From Nitrospirota bacterium (GTDB lineage Bacteria; Nitrospirota; Thermodesulfovibrionia; Thermodesulfovibrionales; Dissulfurispiraceae): a stretch of DNA of 64,000 nt. Of the stretch, positions 43,724-53,606 are shown piece after piece (the first letter of the stretch is position 1; each line of letters starts with the position of its first letter). Made by a program: the position numbers and the translations under genes. The DNA lies in NCBI GenBank assembly GCA_963790025.1, contig CAWBMP010000005.1, forward strand, positions 544,001 to 608,000. Direction: 5' to 3'. The notes under the pieces are model-generated. The model saw nothing but the letters and a program-made list of their open reading frames with translations, was not told where the DNA came from and searched no databases.

Positions 43724-46033
43724 ATGAATATGACCAGAAGGGAAATGCTCAAATACTCTGCAGCACTTGCCGCGGCGTCTGCTATTGGCCTGGAATTACC
43801 GCTCCCTGTCGAAGTAGGCGCTTCGGTCAATGACGCTAACACATGGGTGAAAGGGGTATGCAGGTATTGCGGTGCGGGATGCGGGGTATATGCAGGTGTT
43901 TCAAAAGGCAAGGTAGTTGCGGTAAAGGGAGATAAGGACAACTGGAACAAGGGATTTCTCTGCCTGAAGGGGAACTTCCTGCCGCCTATTCTGTATGCAA
44001 ATGACAGGGCGAAGTATCCGCTGGTGAAAAAGGGGAATCAGTTCATACGGGTGTCATGGAAAGAGGCAATGGATTTAATGGTGGAAAAATTTGCCGATGC
44101 CATCAAAAAGAACGGTGTCAATTCTATTGGATTCTATGGTTCCGGGCAGGCATATACCGAGGAATCATACTTTATGAATAAATTTTTCAAGGGGGGGCTC
44201 GGCACAAACTCTATAGACGGCAACCCAAGGCTCTGCATGGCTTCCGCTGCTGTCGGGTATGTTTCTACGTTCGGGAAGGACGAGCCGATGGGTTCCTATG
44301 ATGATATCTACCATGCCGACTGCTTTTTTATTGTCGGCTCGAATATGGCAGAGGCACATCCCGTTCTTTTCAGACTGGTGAATGAGCGGAAACAGAAGGA
44401 CAGAAATGTAAAAATCATTATGGTCGATCCGAGAAAGACGCTCTCTGCGCGGATTGCCGATATGCATATGAATTTTCTTCCCGGCACCGACCTTGCGATC
44501 ATGCATTCGATGGCGCATGTCATAGTCAGGGAAAACCTCTACAATAAAGAATTTGTGAACAATCATGTAGTATTCAAGGCGGTAAAGGATGACAAGCCGG
44601 TAAAAGTGACATTTGATGAATACGTAAAGTTTCTTGATGAGTACACGCCCGAGATTGCTGAGAAATTGTCCCTTTGCCCGAAAGAAGATGTCATCAGGGC
44701 GGCACGGTGGTTTGCGCAATCGAAGGCTACCATGAGTCTCTGGTGCATGGGTCTCAACCAGAGGACGAGAGGGGTATGGGTGAATAATCTGGTGCATAAC
44801 CTCCATCTCCTGACAGGCCAGATATGCAGGCCTGGTGCGACATCATTTTCACTGACAGGGCAGCCGAATGCATGCGGCGGAGTCAGGGACGGCGGGCTCC
44901 TTAGCCATTTGCTTCCCTACGGGCGTCTTGTCATCAACGACAAAGACCGGGAGGAGATCGAGAAGTTCTGGGGAGTGCCCAGGGGCAGGATTCAGCCGAA
45001 GCCGGGACCCACTGCTGTCGATATGTTCAGAGCGTTCAACAAAAAAGAGATCAAGGCGCTCTGGATTGCCTGCACCAATCCCGGACAGAGCCTTCCCAAT
45101 CTTGCCGATTATAGAAAAGGCATGGAAAGTGAAGACACATTCCTTGTCGTATCGGAGGCATACCACCCGACACGGACATCCGAACTTGCCGATCTCGTGC
45201 TTCCGGCAGCACTTTGGGTGGAAAAGGACGGGACCTATGGCCAATCGGAAAGGCGTTACCAGTATCTTGAGAAGGCAGTGGAGCCACCTGCGGAGGCAAG
45301 GCCTGATTTGATGGTCATGATAGAATTTGCGAACAAGCTTTTCAAGGCACTCGGCAGAGAAGATGAGGCAAGACAGTTATTTCGCTTCAAAAACTCGGAA
45401 GATGTATGGAATGAAATCAGGCGGTGCTCGAAAGGCACTGCGTACGATTTCATGGGCATGACCAGGGCGAGGATGAAGCGGGAACATGGGATGCAGTGGC
45501 CGTGCCCGACGGAAGACCATCCCGGCACTGTTCGGCGGTACACTGCAAAATTCGGAGATCCCCTGCTGCACAAATTCGATCCCCAAGCCTCAGATGTCTC
45601 ATTCTACGGAGCGAAGGCTGACGGCAACAGGGCCACGATATGGCTCAGGCCGTACAAAGGTCCTGCCGAACCGCCCGATGCCGCGTATCCCTTTGTGCTG
45701 ACAACAGGAAGGCAGATAGAGCATTGGCATACCGGGACTATGACGCTTAAAGTGCCTGAACTGAAGCGTTCAGCGCCTGATGCCTATGTCGAAATCAATC
45801 CTCGTGATGCTCAGAAGATCGGTGTTAAAGCAAGGGACAAGGTAAAAATCACCTCGCGAAGAGGGTCCATAGTGCTTGAAGCTCGGGTTGTGGATGTGCC
45901 GAGGGAGGGACTTGTTTTTGTTCCCATGCATTATCCGGACAAACTTATCAATATTCTTACTACCGATGCATATGATGCCCTTTCAAAACAGCCGGAGTTC
46001 AAGATATGTGCGGTCAGGATAGAAAAGGCATAG
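43724..46033 (+). CDS. napA: Periplasmic nitrate reductase catalytic subunit
   Basis: Tat signal TRREMLK, CRYCGAGC...C, NPRLCMASA, GSNMAEAHP, SLTGQPNACG, EHWHTGTMT. Confidence 0.93.
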   Translation: MNMTRREMLKYSAALAAASAIGLELPLPVEVGASVNDANTWVKGVCRYCGAGCGVYAGVSKGKVVAVKGDKDNWNKGFLCLKGNFLPPILYANDRAKYPLVKKGNQFIRVSWKEAMDLMVEKFADAIKKNGVNSIGFYGSGQAYTEESYFMNKFFKGGLGTNSIDGNPRLCMASAAVGYVSTFGKDEPMGSYDDIYHADCFFIVGSNMAEAHPVLFRLVNERKQKDRNVKIIMVDPRKTLSARIADMHMNFLPGTDLAIMHSMAHVIVRENLYNKEFVNNHVVFKAVKDDKPVKVTFDEYVKFLDEYTPEIAEKLSLCPKEDVIRAARWFAQSKATMSLWCMGLNQRTRGVWVNNLVHNLHLLTGQICRPGATSFSLTGQPNACGGVRDGGLLSHLLPYGRLVINDKDREEIEKFWGVPRGRIQPKPGPTAVDMFRAFNKKEIKALWIACTNPGQSLPNLADYRKGMESEDTFLVVSEAYHPTRTSELADLVLPAALWVEKDGTYGQSERRYQYLEKAVEPPAEARPDLMVMIEFANKLFKALGREDEARQLFRFKNSEDVWNEIRRCSKGTAYDFMGMTRARMKREHGMQWPCPTEDHPGTVRRYTAKFGDPLLHKFDPQASDVSFYGAKADGNRATIWLRPYKGPAEPPDAAYPFVLTTGRQIEHWHTGTMTLKVPELKRSAPDAYVEINPRDAQKIGVKARDKVKITSRRGSIVLEARVVDVPREGLVFVPMHYPDKLINILTTDAYDALSKQPEFKICAVRIEKA

Positions 46034-46042
46034 GAGATTGGC

Positions 46043-46273
46043 ATGGCGGTAGTCAGTGTGGTAGTGGAAGTAGAAGACGGCACCGCCGAAACCGTCTTGA
46101 ACAGCCTTGCCTTTATCAGCCAGATAAGCGTTTACGGCGTAAAGGACAATCAGATCGTTGCCGTAGTAGAAGATGATGATGATTTACTTTCGGTTAATAG
46201 GCGCATAGAGTGCATATTCGGGATTGATAAGGTAACAGGTGTCTATCCCGTCTACGCTGAAGACGATGTATAG
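46043..46273 (+). CDS. napD: NapD chaperone
   Basis: 76 aa after napA; MAVVSVVV...QIVAVVE...GVYPVY. Confidence 0.8.
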   Translation: MAVVSVVVEVEDGTAETVLNSLAFISQISVYGVKDNQIVAVVEDDDDLLSVNRRIECIFGIDKVTGVYPVYAEDDV

Positions 46274-46739
46274 AAAACCGCTGAGGCCTCCCGGAGCTCT
46301 GAAAGAAATAAGTTTCATTGCGCAATGCCTCAGGTGCGGGAAATGTGCGCAAGTGTGCCCCTTTCGGTCAATTAAGATTGCCGGAGTCATGGATGGCTTG
46401 ATACTGATGGGCACTCCCTCGATAAAGGCCAGGGAGGTCCCGTGCTATCTTTGCATGAAGTGTCCGCCAGCCTGCCCTTCCGGCGCTCTGAACCCGAACC
46501 TGAAGAACAAGCTGGATGTCAGAATGGGCATCGCCGTTATACAGAAGAATGCGTGCCTTGCATGGCAGTGGACCCTTTGCCGGAGTTGCTACCAGAATTG
46601 CCCGATCTTTGACGAAGCAATAAAAATGGACACGGAGTTGAGACCTGTAGTGGACGCTGCGAAGTGCGTCGGGTGCGGCATTTGCGAGAACGTGTGCCCT
46701 GTCGACCCGGCAGCTATAAAGGTAAGAACCGGTATATAA
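46266..46739 (+). CDS. napG: NapG/MauM family polyferredoxin
   Basis: LRPPGA, four Cys-cluster motifs; likely ATG 46266. Confidence 0.8.
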   Translation: MYRKPLRPPGALKEISFIAQCLRCGKCAQVCPFRSIKIAGVMDGLILMGTPSIKAREVPCYLCMKCPPACPSGALNPNLKNKLDVRMGIAVIQKNACLAWQWTLCRSCYQNCPIFDEAIKMDTELRPVVDAAKCVGCGICENVCPVDPAAIKVRTGI

Positions 46740-46742
46740 CAC

Positions 46743-47540
46743 ATGAAGCTGCGTATATGGCGTAGAATAACTCAGACTGCAGCGGCGCTCATGCTGTTTG
46801 CAGTACCGGCTCTTACGATTAGAGGAATATATGTGATTTCGGGCAGCTTTTATTCCTTAGCAATAGGACCTCTTTCTATCAGCGACCCCCTGTGCGTGCT
46901 TCAGGTAATTCTATCCACTCTTTCTGTCACTGCGACGCTAATACTGTCGATAATGGTTCCTCTGATTATTGCATGCATTTTCGGAAGGGTTTTCTGCAGT
47001 TGGGTCTGTCCGCAAAATGCGATTTCCGAGCTTTTTGATTTTATCGCCCGCAAAGGAGGAATAAAAAGGGCCTTAGAGGTAAAGCCGACTCCGGTGCCGC
47101 GATATATATTGTTGGTTGTTTTGCTGGCAGCAACCCTATTGGCAGGATTTCCAGTTGCAAGCCTTATTTCTTTGCCGGGAATAATCTCCCTGCAGGCTAC
47201 CAGGTATATTTATGAGGGTGTCATAGGGGCGGAATCGGCGCTGGTCTGTATAGCAATTTTATCGGAATGTTTTCTTGTTAGGCGTGCGTGGTGCAACTTC
47301 ATATGTCCGGTGGGTGGCCTTCTGGGAGCGTTCAGATTAAAACGGACCATGAAGGTTGCCTATACCGGAGATGAAAAACACACATGCAGCAGGTGTTTTG
47401 AATGCAAAAACGCATGTCAGTTGGGATTGGACCCTATGGGGGGCGTCATTTATCCGTTATGCCACAACTGCGGCGACTGTATTGCCGCCTGCGAGCGCGC
47501 GAACGCACACGGCAGGCCTTTATCATTTAAGTTCAGATGA
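46743..47540 (+). CDS. napH: NapH/MauN family membrane ferredoxin
   Basis: WRRITQ, GRVFCSWVCP, WCNFICPVG, C-terminal 2x[4Fe-4S] motifs. Confidence 0.88.
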   Translation: MKLRIWRRITQTAAALMLFAVPALTIRGIYVISGSFYSLAIGPLSISDPLCVLQVILSTLSVTATLILSIMVPLIIACIFGRVFCSWVCPQNAISELFDFIARKGGIKRALEVKPTPVPRYILLVVLLAATLLAGFPVASLISLPGIISLQATRYIYEGVIGAESALVCIAILSECFLVRRAWCNFICPVGGLLGAFRLKRTMKVAYTGDEKHTCSRCFECKNACQLGLDPMGGVIYPLCHNCGDCIAACERANAHGRPLSFKFR

Positions 47541-47567
47541 AAGGGACTCAACGCGCCCTAATCTGGG

Positions 47568-47694
47568 GGGTAGTGGGGCGGTAACGTCCGGCTTACATAT
47601 CGAGAAATGGCTGCCAGATAATCTTCAGTACATGCCGGTAATTGGAAATGGAAGACTATTTGATCCAGAGAAAAAAGAAACTGACCCGCTACCC
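47568..47694. mobile_element. MITE-like element, copy 2 (inverted, internally deleted)
   Basis: Reverse complement aligns with 1101-1223 and shares a 42-bp identical core. Confidence 0.75.
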
Positions 47695-47778
47695 CTGTAA
47701 TGATGCATCACGGTTGTAGTATTATATTATGATATAATGCAAAAGGTATGCTGTGTGATGTCATAATACAGGGAGGTA

Positions 47779-48279
47779 ATGATGGCGGATGAACATTCGT
47801 TCGATGTTGTATGCGAAGTTGATATGCAGGAAGTAACCAATGCTGTAAGCCAGGCCGCAAAGGAGATCGGGCAGCGGTTTGATTTTAAAGGGAGCAAGAG
47901 TAACATAGATTTTGACAAGGGGAAGGGCATCATTACACTTGCATCCGATGATGAACAGAAGATGAAGAGTGTTATCGATATTCTCCAGACTAAGCTCGTG
48001 AAGCGTGCCGTTGCACTAAAGGCGCTCGCTTACGGCAAGCTGGAACCAGCGGCCGGGAATACCGTCAGGCAGGTAATAACGCTCCAACAGGGCATACCCC
48101 AGGAGAAAGCCAAGGAAATAGTTAAAATCATAAAAGACATGAAGCTCAAGGTGAACTCTGAAATTCAGAAAGACCAGGTCCGGGTGAAAGCCAAAAAAAT
48201 AGATGATTTGCAGGTTATTATGGCCCACCTCAAGGAAAAGGACCTTGGTATACATATCCAATTTTCCAATTACCGGTGA
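47779..48279 (+). CDS. yajQ: YajQ family nucleotide-binding protein
   Basis: SFDVV, RFDFKGSKS, DQVRV..KKIDDLQ, QFSNYR. Confidence 0.95.
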   Translation: MMADEHSFDVVCEVDMQEVTNAVSQAAKEIGQRFDFKGSKSNIDFDKGKGIITLASDDEQKMKSVIDILQTKLVKRAVALKALAYGKLEPAAGNTVRQVITLQQGIPQEKAKEIVKIIKDMKLKVNSEIQKDQVRVKAKKIDDLQVIMAHLKEKDLGIHIQFSNYR

Positions 48280-48382
48280 CGGACTAGTAAAAAGTTCATA
48301 GGCAAGGCGTCAAGCACTCAACACGTTGCTTATGGACAATTTGAGCGCTCGAAAGTACATGAGCTTTTTACGGGGCCGCTCA
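48277..48382. mobile_element. Short TIR-bounded element (second MITE-like family)
   Basis: TGACGGACTAGTAAAAAGTTCAT ... ATGAGCTTTTTACGGGGCCGCTCA imperfect TIRs; its first TGA is the yajQ stop. Confidence 0.6.
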
Positions 48383-48452
48383 AAAAAGAACTGGAAAATA
48401 GAGACTTACCTCTGTTACAATGATAGCCGACTTTTAACGGGGAGATAAATAC

Positions 48453-49187
48453 ATGAAGGGACATACAGCTATAATCACCGGGGCAGGGCGCGGCATTGGC
48501 AAAGCGGTTGGCGAAGCGCTGGCCCGGCATGGCGTGAATATCGTTGTTGTTGACGTTAATCTTGAAATGGCGGAAGAGGCGGCATCCGATCTCGAAAAGT
48601 TCGGCATCCGGAGTATAGGATTAAAGGGGGACGTTTCGAACTCGGCTGAGGTGGGTGGAATTTTCGAACAGGCAGTTAAAGATTTCAGTAAAGTCGAGAT
48701 ACTGGTCAACAATGCGGGCATTACAAGAGACGGTCTTTTAATGCGCATGAAGGAAGATGATTGGGACGCTGTAATTGACATTAACCTGAAAGGCACGTTC
48801 CTCTGTTCAAAAGAGGCCGTAAAGGTGATGGCGAAACAGCGATATGGCCGCATCATCAACATTTCGTCCGTAGTGGCATTTATGGGCAATCCCGGGCAGG
48901 CCAATTACAGTGCTTCCAAGGCAGGTATTGTAGGCCTGACAAAAACTATAGCAAGAGAGTATGCGAGCAGAGGAATGACGGTCAATGCTGTTGCCCCCGG
49001 CTTTATTGAAACGGCCATGACCGGTGCGCTGCCGGACAATGTCAGGCAGGAAATGATGAAGGCCATTCCGATAGGGAGGTTTGGTACTGTCACGGATGTG
49101 GCCAATGCAGTACTGTTTTTCGCATCGCCGGAATCGGGTTACATTACAGGGCAGGTAATCCATGTGAACGGCGGCATGTATATGTAA
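48453..49187 (+). CDS. fabG: 3-oxoacyl-ACP reductase
   Basis: TGAGRGIG, NNAGITRD, YSASK. Confidence 0.97.
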   Translation: MKGHTAIITGAGRGIGKAVGEALARHGVNIVVVDVNLEMAEEAASDLEKFGIRSIGLKGDVSNSAEVGGIFEQAVKDFSKVEILVNNAGITRDGLLMRMKEDDWDAVIDINLKGTFLCSKEAVKVMAKQRYGRIINISSVVAFMGNPGQANYSASKAGIVGLTKTIAREYASRGMTVNAVAPGFIETAMTGALPDNVRQEMMKAIPIGRFGTVTDVANAVLFFASPESGYITGQVIHVNGGMYM

Positions 49188-49189
49188 AA

Positions 49190-49270
49190 AGCATACAGCG
49201 TGCTGAGTTGTGCTTTCAGTGTTAACAAAAACATTCTTTTTGCAGAACGCAATACGTTGTACGCAGAATC
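49190..49270. repeat. Degenerate inverted pair of 7-nt tandem repeats (AGCGTAC type)
   Basis: AGCATAC AGCGTGC TGAGTTG TGCTTTC; inverse GCAGAACGCAATACGTTGTACGCAGAA. Confidence 0.55.
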
Positions 49271-49289
49271 TAAATTTTGGAGGTCAATA

Positions 49290-49520
49290 ATGGTAGACGA
49301 AAAAGTAAGAGAAATTATATCAAAGCAGCTTGGAGTGGACCAGTCGGAAGTGACGTCCGAGGCGTCTTTTGTAGAGGACCTTGGCGCCGATTCGCTTGAT
49401 ACTGTTGAGTTGGTTATGGCGTTCGAGGAGGCATTCAATATCGAGATACCCGATGAGGATGCCGAGAAAATAGCAAAAGTTAACGATGCAATAGATTATA
49501 TAAAGAAAAAAGTAGGATGA
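49290..49520 (+). CDS. acpP: Acyl carrier protein
   Basis: [17 protein letters not shown] 49290 with GGAGG RBS. Confidence 0.98.
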   Translation: MVDEKVREIISKQLGVDQSEVTSEASFVEDLGADSLDTVELVMAFEEAFNIEIPDEDAEKIAKVNDAIDYIKKKVG

Positions 49521-50767
49521 CAGAGAAAAGAAGAGTTGTTGTCACCGGCCTAGGTCTGGTTACCCCTATCGGTATCGGCGTTCAGGAAACATGGGACGCA
49601 GCGGTAAACGGAAAGTCGGGCATAGGGCCGATAACGCAATTTGATGCGTCCTCAATGCCGGTGCGCATTGCCGGGGAGATAAAAGGTTTCGATCCGGCAA
49701 ACTACATCGAAGCCAAGGAAATAAAAAAGATGGACCGTTTTATCCATCTTGCCATGGCTGCTGCAACAATGGCTGTTGAGGATTCCGGTTTCAAGATTAC
49801 CGGTGAAAATGCGGAAAGAGTAGGAGTAGTGATAGGTTCCGGCATGGGAGGACTTCCTGCCATCGAGCATTATCATAAGGCATTTTTGGAAAAGGGGTAT
49901 AGACGGATCTCTCCGTTTTTTATTCCCATGCTCATCATCAACCTTGCCTCCGGTTCTGTCTCCATTAAATTTGGTGCAAAGGGGCCTAACTCTGCTGTGG
50001 TAACGGCTTGTGCCACCGGCAGCCATTCCATAGGTGACGCCTTCAAAATAATCCAGCGGGGTGACGCGGATGCGATGATTGCAGGGGGGACTGAATCGGT
50101 AATCACAGCGCTTGGTATAGGAGGGTTTGCGGTTATGAAGACGCTTTCAACCCGGAATGATGAACCTGAAAAGGCCAGCAGGCCTTTTGATAGCGATAGA
50201 GATGGCTTTGTCATGGGAGAGGGCGCCGGGATAGTATTTATCGAGAGTCTTGAAAGTGCCCTTGCAAGGAATGCGAAAATTCACGCCGAAATTATAGGTT
50301 ACGGCATGTCCAGTGATGCCTATCACATCACCACACCAGCTCCCGATGGCGAAGGTGCTGCGCGATGCATGAACGCCGCATTAAAAGATGGCGGCCTTGC
50401 GCCTGAAAAGATCGATTATATCAATGCTCATGGCACTTCGACAAAATACGGAGATGAACTCGAAACTACGGCAATAAAGACTGTATTTGGAGAACATGCG
50501 TACAAATTGTGCGTTAGTTCTACGAAGTCTATGGTGGGACATCTTTTGGGAGCCGCAGGCGGGGTGGAGGCTATACTTTCTATTCTCAGTATCTGTCACG
50601 GCAAAGTACTTCCGACGATTAACCTGGATACCCCTGACCCTGAATGTGATCTCGATTTTGTCCCCAAAACGGCAAAACAGGTTGATGTAACGTTTGCACT
50701 ATCTAATTCTTTCGGTTTTGGGGGAACAAATGCCTGTCTTATCTTCGGGAAATATCCACGGAATTGA
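49517..50767 (+). CDS. fabF: Beta-ketoacyl-ACP synthase II
   Basis: [29 protein letters not shown]. Confidence 0.98.
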   Translation: MTEKRRVVVTGLGLVTPIGIGVQETWDAAVNGKSGIGPITQFDASSMPVRIAGEIKGFDPANYIEAKEIKKMDRFIHLAMAAATMAVEDSGFKITGENAERVGVVIGSGMGGLPAIEHYHKAFLEKGYRRISPFFIPMLIINLASGSVSIKFGAKGPNSAVVTACATGSHSIGDAFKIIQRGDADAMIAGGTESVITALGIGGFAVMKTLSTRNDEPEKASRPFDSDRDGFVMGEGAGIVFIESLESALARNAKIHAEIIGYGMSSDAYHITTPAPDGEGAARCMNAALKDGGLAPEKIDYINAHGTSTKYGDELETTAIKTVFGEHAYKLCVSSTKSMVGHLLGAAGGVEAILSILSICHGKVLPTINLDTPDPECDLDFVPKTAKQVDVTFALSNSFGFGGTNACLIFGKYPRN

Positions 50768-51437
50768 AGCTTCTCTTGGGTATACGTTTAAAAACAAGTC
50801 TATTCTTGCCACAGCCCTTACCCATAAATCATATCAGCATGAAAATGTCAGCGCCGTCAAGAACCACAATGAGCGGATGGAATTTCTTGGCGATTCGGTG
50901 CTCGGTCTTATCATAGCCGAGGCCCTGTTTATCCTGAAAGAGCCTCTTTCCGAAGCCGGGATGTCAAAAATAAAATCCCATCTTGTGAAAGAGCTGGTAC
51001 TTTTTGAAATGGCCTCAAAGCTATCGCTCGGAGATTATCTGAGCCTTGGAAAAGGGGAGGAATCTACCGGGGGGCGTCAAAAGAGGTCAGTTCTGTCCAA
51101 TGCATTTGAAGCCCTTGTCGGCGCTGTTTTTCTGGATAGCGATTATGCAACTGCCAGAGAGGTGGTGCTAAGGCTTTTTAACGAAAGGATAGAACGCGCT
51201 ATTCTTAAAAAAGAGGCCTACGATTTCAAAAGTGATCTTCAGGAGAAGGTCCAGAGCGCTTTAGGTACACTTCCCGAGTACCGGATAGTGAAGCAAGAGG
51301 GTGAGGAACACAAAAAAATATTCACTACCGAGGTATATATGCACGGGAAGCTGTTCGGAAGCGGCACCGGCAAGAGCAAGAAGGAATCCCAGATGGCAGC
51401 AGCAAAAGAAGCTCTGGCAAAATTAGAGCGTGAATAA
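50730..51437 (+). CDS. rnc: Ribonuclease III
   Basis: [20 protein letters not shown]-terminal dsRBD; likely ATG 50730 overlapping fabF. Confidence 0.96.
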   Translation: MPVLSSGNIHGIEASLGYTFKNKSILATALTHKSYQHENVSAVKNHNERMEFLGDSVLGLIIAEALFILKEPLSEAGMSKIKSHLVKELVLFEMASKLSLGDYLSLGKGEESTGGRQKRSVLSNAFEALVGAVFLDSDYATAREVVLRLFNERIERAILKKEAYDFKSDLQEKVQSALGTLPEYRIVKQEGEEHKKIFTTEVYMHGKLFGSGTGKSKKESQMAAAKEALAKLERE

Positions 51438-52641
51438 AAAAATAGTCTCCTGGTGCCTGTTTGATTTTGCCGGTGCCAGTTATTCCGCTATTATTCTCGC
51501 GGTCATATTTCCTGTTTACTACACGAACTTTATTGTCGGCAATGCGTCCGGCCAGGGGGATGTCTGGTGGGGAAGGGCCATATCGATAAGTATGGCTATT
51601 GTTGCACTCAGTTCCCCTTTTCTGGGTGGCATTGCTGATCACGCAAAAATACGAAAAAAGCTCCTTATGGCTTACACTTTTCTGTGCGTCACCTCTGTTG
51701 CGTCACTTTATTTCTTGCGGAAAGGAATGGCGGTGGAGGGATTCATGCTCATCATGCTTGGGAATGTGGGCCAGGAGGGGGGCCTTGTTTTTTATAATTC
51801 ATTTCTTCCTGAAATTGCTGAACCCGGTCACCAGGGCAGGCTTTCGTCCTGGGGTTATGCAACAGGATATGCCGGTTCGATATCCTCGCTTCTGCTTGCG
51901 CTGTTGCTGATAGACAAAGGGTTTCTTACTGCTGCATGGCCCATGTCGGCACTTTTTTTTGCGCTGTTTTCTCTGCCTGCTTTTCTGTTCCTTCCTCATG
52001 ATAAAAAATCAGCGCTGGGAGTGCCTGCGGCCGCTAGGGAAGGCCTGCGGCATTCGCTAGCCGCATTAAAGAAGATATGGGCGAACGGTGAGCAAAGGAA
52101 ACTTCTGATTGCTTATCTCATTTACGCGGACGGTGTGAATACGGTTATTGTGTTCGCAAGCATTTTTGCTGCGACAACGCTTCACTTTGCTTCCCGGGAA
52201 TTGGTCCTGATGTTCCTTACAGTACAGTTTATGGCACTGGCAGGGGCGTTTCTATTGGCCAAACCTACGGATGTATGGGGCCCCAAAAAAGTGGTAGTGC
52301 TCTCTTTATATTTGTGGACAATGGTATCGGTGGCAGTATTTTTTGTTACGACAAAGACATATTTCTTCATTATTGCCTCGGCTGCGGGCTTAGGGCTTGG
52401 CACGGTCCAGGCAGCGACAAGGGCATTCTATGCCCAGTTCATTCCCGATGGCCGGGAAGCCGAATATTTCGGCGTCTACGCCCTGATGGGCCGGGCATCT
52501 GCCATTGCCGGCCCTCTCCTTTTCGGTTATATGTCGTTCAAATTCGGCAGCCAGAGACCGGCGGTGCTTTCCGTAGGGGCCTTTTTTATTGTCGGGCTTT
52601 TAATAGTCAGGACAGTAAAAGGCGGCGGGCCTAACGTATAA
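51430..52641 (+). CDS. MFS transporter (UMF1/Atg22-like)
   Basis: SWCLFDFA, FYNSFLPEI, about 12 TM segments. Confidence 0.88.
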   Translation: MNKKIVSWCLFDFAGASYSAIILAVIFPVYYTNFIVGNASGQGDVWWGRAISISMAIVALSSPFLGGIADHAKIRKKLLMAYTFLCVTSVASLYFLRKGMAVEGFMLIMLGNVGQEGGLVFYNSFLPEIAEPGHQGRLSSWGYATGYAGSISSLLLALLLIDKGFLTAAWPMSALFFALFSLPAFLFLPHDKKSALGVPAAAREGLRHSLAALKKIWANGEQRKLLIAYLIYADGVNTVIVFASIFAATTLHFASRELVLMFLTVQFMALAGAFLLAKPTDVWGPKKVVVLSLYLWTMVSVAVFFVTTKTYFFIIASAAGLGLGTVQAATRAFYAQFIPDGREAEYFGVYALMGRASAIAGPLLFGYMSFKFGSQRPAVLSVGAFFIVGLLIVRTVKGGGPNV

Positions 52642-52822
52642 GCCCGACGCATAAGAACAAAGAGAAAAATAATTGCTTCCAAAATGTGGATAAACCTTGT
52701 ATAGTTATTTATAAGAAGCATGAATATATCTAAGGCGGCATTGCCGTCGCTATTAAATCGGGAGTCGGCGCCGCCCTTCCGCAGCAGATTTGGCAGGGCG
52801 ATTTTGCCGAAAGGAGAGAAAG

Positions 52823-53038
52823 ATGCCAGAGAGTGTCTACAAAGTTGTTGAGCTGGTCGGAACAAGCTCTGAATCGTGGGAAAAGGCGGCAGCAGCCGCT
52901 GTCGAGACCGCCGCAAAGTCTCTGAAGGACCTGCGGATCGCCGAAGTTGTAGAGCTTGATATGCAGATCCAGGATGGAAAGGTCCACGCATACAGAGCTA
53001 AAGTCAAGGTGTCGTTCAAATACCTCAGCAAAGCATAG
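52823..53038 (+). CDS. Dodecin family protein
   Basis: VYKVVELVGTS.ESWE.A, YRAKVKVSFKY; ATG 52823 with AGGAG RBS. Confidence 0.92.
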   Translation: MPESVYKVVELVGTSSESWEKAAAAAVETAAKSLKDLRIAEVVELDMQIQDGKVHAYRAKVKVSFKYLSKA

Positions 53039-53066
53039 TAAGGCGTACTTTATTATTGATATTTGA

Positions 53067-53099
53067 ACAGGGACGGTCAGGAAAAGAGCCGTCCCTGTC
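53067..53099. terminator. Bidirectional terminator hairpin
   Basis: ACAGGGACGG-loop-CCGTCCCTGT between convergent genes, followed by a T-rich tract. Confidence 0.65.
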
Positions 53100-53104
53100 T
53101 TATT

Positions 53105-53584
53105 TTATGCGATCTTTTCGAAAACGTCCTTTGTCGCTTTACAAACCGGACACTTCCAGTCGGATGGAAGGTCCTCGAACTTCACGCGTTCTTTGTCCTC
53201 CTTGTAGAGCCACTTGCAGGCAGCACACCGCCAGATAGTGCCGTCTTCGCGATCACCGTTTCTAGCGATAATTTCCCATCCGCGATAAGTCCATTCTTCA
53301 AGCTTCGGAGGATAGAACCCGGAAAAAATTGTCTTGTCGCGGGCATCATCAAACATTACTTCAACAATATAATCGCCCTTTTTTACCGTATAGCCCCAGA
53401 CGAAATTATCTTTAGTTTCCGGGGTGTCGGTTTTAGCAACGAACGAAAATGTGTTGCCGTGTCTCTTTACTTTAGACCAGCTGAAGCAGCAGGGGAGCAC
53501 AGAGGTGCAACCGCACTTGCCGCCTTTGAGTTCAAGCCCGTCGACCAGAAAGCCGCCAGGTGCCTTTTCAATTGCAATTTCCAT
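53105..53584 (-). CDS. Rubredoxin-domain protein with uncharacterised Cys-rich N-terminal domain
   Basis: C-terminal WRCAAC...[14 protein letters not shown]-terminal [19 protein letters not shown]. Confidence 0.85.
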   Translation of the reverse strand: MEIAIEKAPGGFLVDGLELKGGKCGCTSVLPCCFSWSKVKRHGNTFSFVAKTDTPETKDNFVWGYTVKKGDYIVEVMFDDARDKTIFSGFYPPKLEEWTYRGWEIIARNGDREDGTIWRCAACKWLYKEDKERVKFEDLPSDWKCPVCKATKDVFEKIA

Positions 53585-53606
53585 AATACCTCCGATTTTA
53601 AAACGG

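Noticed and set aside
47543..47700. Possible tRNA or ncRNA after napH
   Set aside because: No cloverleaf or TTC-loop motif; explained by the MITE copy.
49200..49289. N-terminal extension of acpP
   Set aside because: Repeat-derived; RBS and homology support ATG 49290.
52725..52815. GC-rich dodecin leader as an FMN or c-di-GMP riboswitch
   Set aside because: Some pairing potential, but no recognisable conserved aptamer motif; needs an Rfam search.
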